From assembly GCA_010093605.1 (NCBI GenBank), contig MU004182.1:2155195-2219194 (forward strand): a stretch of DNA of 64,000 nucleotides. Direction: 5' to 3'. The stretch's first letter is position 1, and the number at the start of each line of letters is the position of its first letter. The translations under genes were made by a program, and so were the position numbers. A model generated the notes under the pieces. That model was not told the DNA's origin and ran no database searches. It saw only the letters and a program-made list of their open reading frames with translations. Positions 62,690 to 64,000 of this stretch are shown piece by piece. Source of the DNA: Lophium mytilinum (lineage: Eukaryota).

Positions 62690-62923
62690 CTAAATGAGAG
62701 CATAGAATGCTGGCTTCTTCATCGGACACCTCCCACATCGCTCCATTGAGTGTTCAACCACGTCGGTGCTTGTGACTTCACACGCGACACCTCCACGCTC
62801 TCGCGCCTTCTCGCAGTAGATAGTGAGCGGGACCTTCTCCGTGGTATCACCCTCCTTGACATAGACCATGAGGTCGACGAGGTGGTCGCAGGGGCGGTGG
62901 TAGATGGATTTGACGTAGCACAT
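62690..62923 (-). CDS. 77-aa Cys/His-rich microprotein (MC-x9-CxH family)
   Basis: MCYVKSIYHRPCDH...CEKARERGGVACEVTSTDVV...CGRC. Confidence 0.62.
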   Translation of the reverse strand: MCYVKSIYHRPCDHLVDLMVYVKEGDTTEKVPLTIYCEKARERGGVACEVTSTDVVEHSMERCGRCPMKKPAFYALI

Positions 62924-63694
62924 TGTGGCTAATTTGGCCGCGAGTGTGGTAGATGGATATTCGACTTGTTTAGTACTGTTTTCGAATGATGGGTGTGGAC
63001 GGCTTTGTGGAGAATCTGCTTGGTTTTAGTGTGGCGAATGGTATGTTGGGATTGTACGTAGGATACATTTGAGTGCTAAGAGCTACTTGTGGATGTAATG
63101 GCGATGTCTTTGATTGCGGTGGATTGGTGACGTAGTAGATGGCGCGATAAAGAAGCTTCTACCGTATGGAATAGAAGGATCTGTGAACAGTGTCTGCGAA
63201 GTGCTGTTCTGTGAGAACGGGGCTTTTATGGAAGGAGCTGGCAAGGTCTAACGGGAGGGTGAAGGAAACGCACGTGACCGGCCTTCACCATGCTGTCTGC
63301 CAACGTCACTCTCAGCTTATCCAGCGCATCCGCTTTCACCTTCTACTCGGAATTTAGTCTCTCCTACACATCGTCAAGCTAAGCACATCGGCTATGTTCC
63401 TCAGCTGTTAGCGCCACATATACCTCCACATCTCTGTATCGCCATACAGTTTTCCTCAACCACGCAACCGCCAACACATCTCCCCTTCTCCCACCTCAAA
63501 GCCACCATGACCCGTTTAAAAACCCAGCAACACCCACGAACCCCCTGCGCTGTCCACCCGGCATCACTTGCCACCTCACTCTCACCTCTCACTTACCCAT
63601 AAACCCCATAAACCGCAATGCTTCAATGCCCAACCAGTCCCCAAAGCATCAAACATCAACCTACCAATACCCAAAGAAAACTAAAGAAACCACA

Positions 63695-63901
63695 ATGTGC
63701 CACATCAGATACACCCACCCCGCCTCCGCCCCCTCAACCTCGCAGCTCGCAACAATCTACCCCCCAAACCCAAATTTCATCCAGCAATGCATCCACGCGC
63801 GATACACCCGGCACCCATGCCCCAACCTCACCGTGTCGCACGAATATCCGTCGTCTTCTCTCCCGCCACCGCCCAATACCCTCAGCGAATCAAATTCGTA
63901 A
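63695..63901 (+). CDS. 68-aa divergent Cys-containing microprotein
   Basis: MCHIRYTH...IQQCIHARYTRHPC; good ATG context (acaATG). Retains the MC start and C..AR....C core but lacks CxH and CxxC. Confidence 0.35.
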   Translation: MCHIRYTHPASAPSTSQLATIYPPNPNFIQQCIHARYTRHPCPNLTVSHEYPSSSLPPPPNTLSESNS

Positions 63902-64000
63902 GGCGGGTAGGCCCTGGTGGAGTTCGTGCACGGTCTCTCGCAGGTAGGGGGCTGAGGATGGGGGTGGGCGGGACGACGGAGGATGTAAATCAGGATGAGG

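Overview
Intron-containing genomic DNA from a filamentous ascomycete (GTRAGT donors, CTRAC branch points, a RIP-like AT-rich patch). The left end (1-9.9 kb) is the edge of an epipolythiodioxopiperazine (ETP, gliotoxin/sirodesmin-type) cluster: the 3' end of a GliI-like PLP enzyme, a GliP/SirP-like A-T-C-A-T-C NRPS, a secreted NTF2/SnoaL-like gene and a GliT-like CLFC oxidase. Next come a degenerate HExxH metallopeptidase remnant and an intact, spliced RtcB2-type RNA ligase with an extra N-terminal domain, which is notable because fungi normally use Trl1. Core genes follow: Rsc58-like, a probable mitochondrial protein, RfeF-like, MDM35, RRP6, GPI1, an Amo1/Nup42-like nucleoporin, MET7 and MIC60. 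Accessory material is interspersed: a frameshifted MFS gene, a PTH11-like GPCR, a repeat/RIP relic beside two chromodomain-like genes, F-box, GH16, a broken SesB-NACHT-ankyrin NLR overlapping a HET remnant, an APH-like kinase and three small Cys/His microproteins. A 92-aa spliced ORF ends only 17 nt upstream of the GPI1 start, suggesting a bicistronic mRNA. All calls come from motif recognition and manual splicing; no searches were run.
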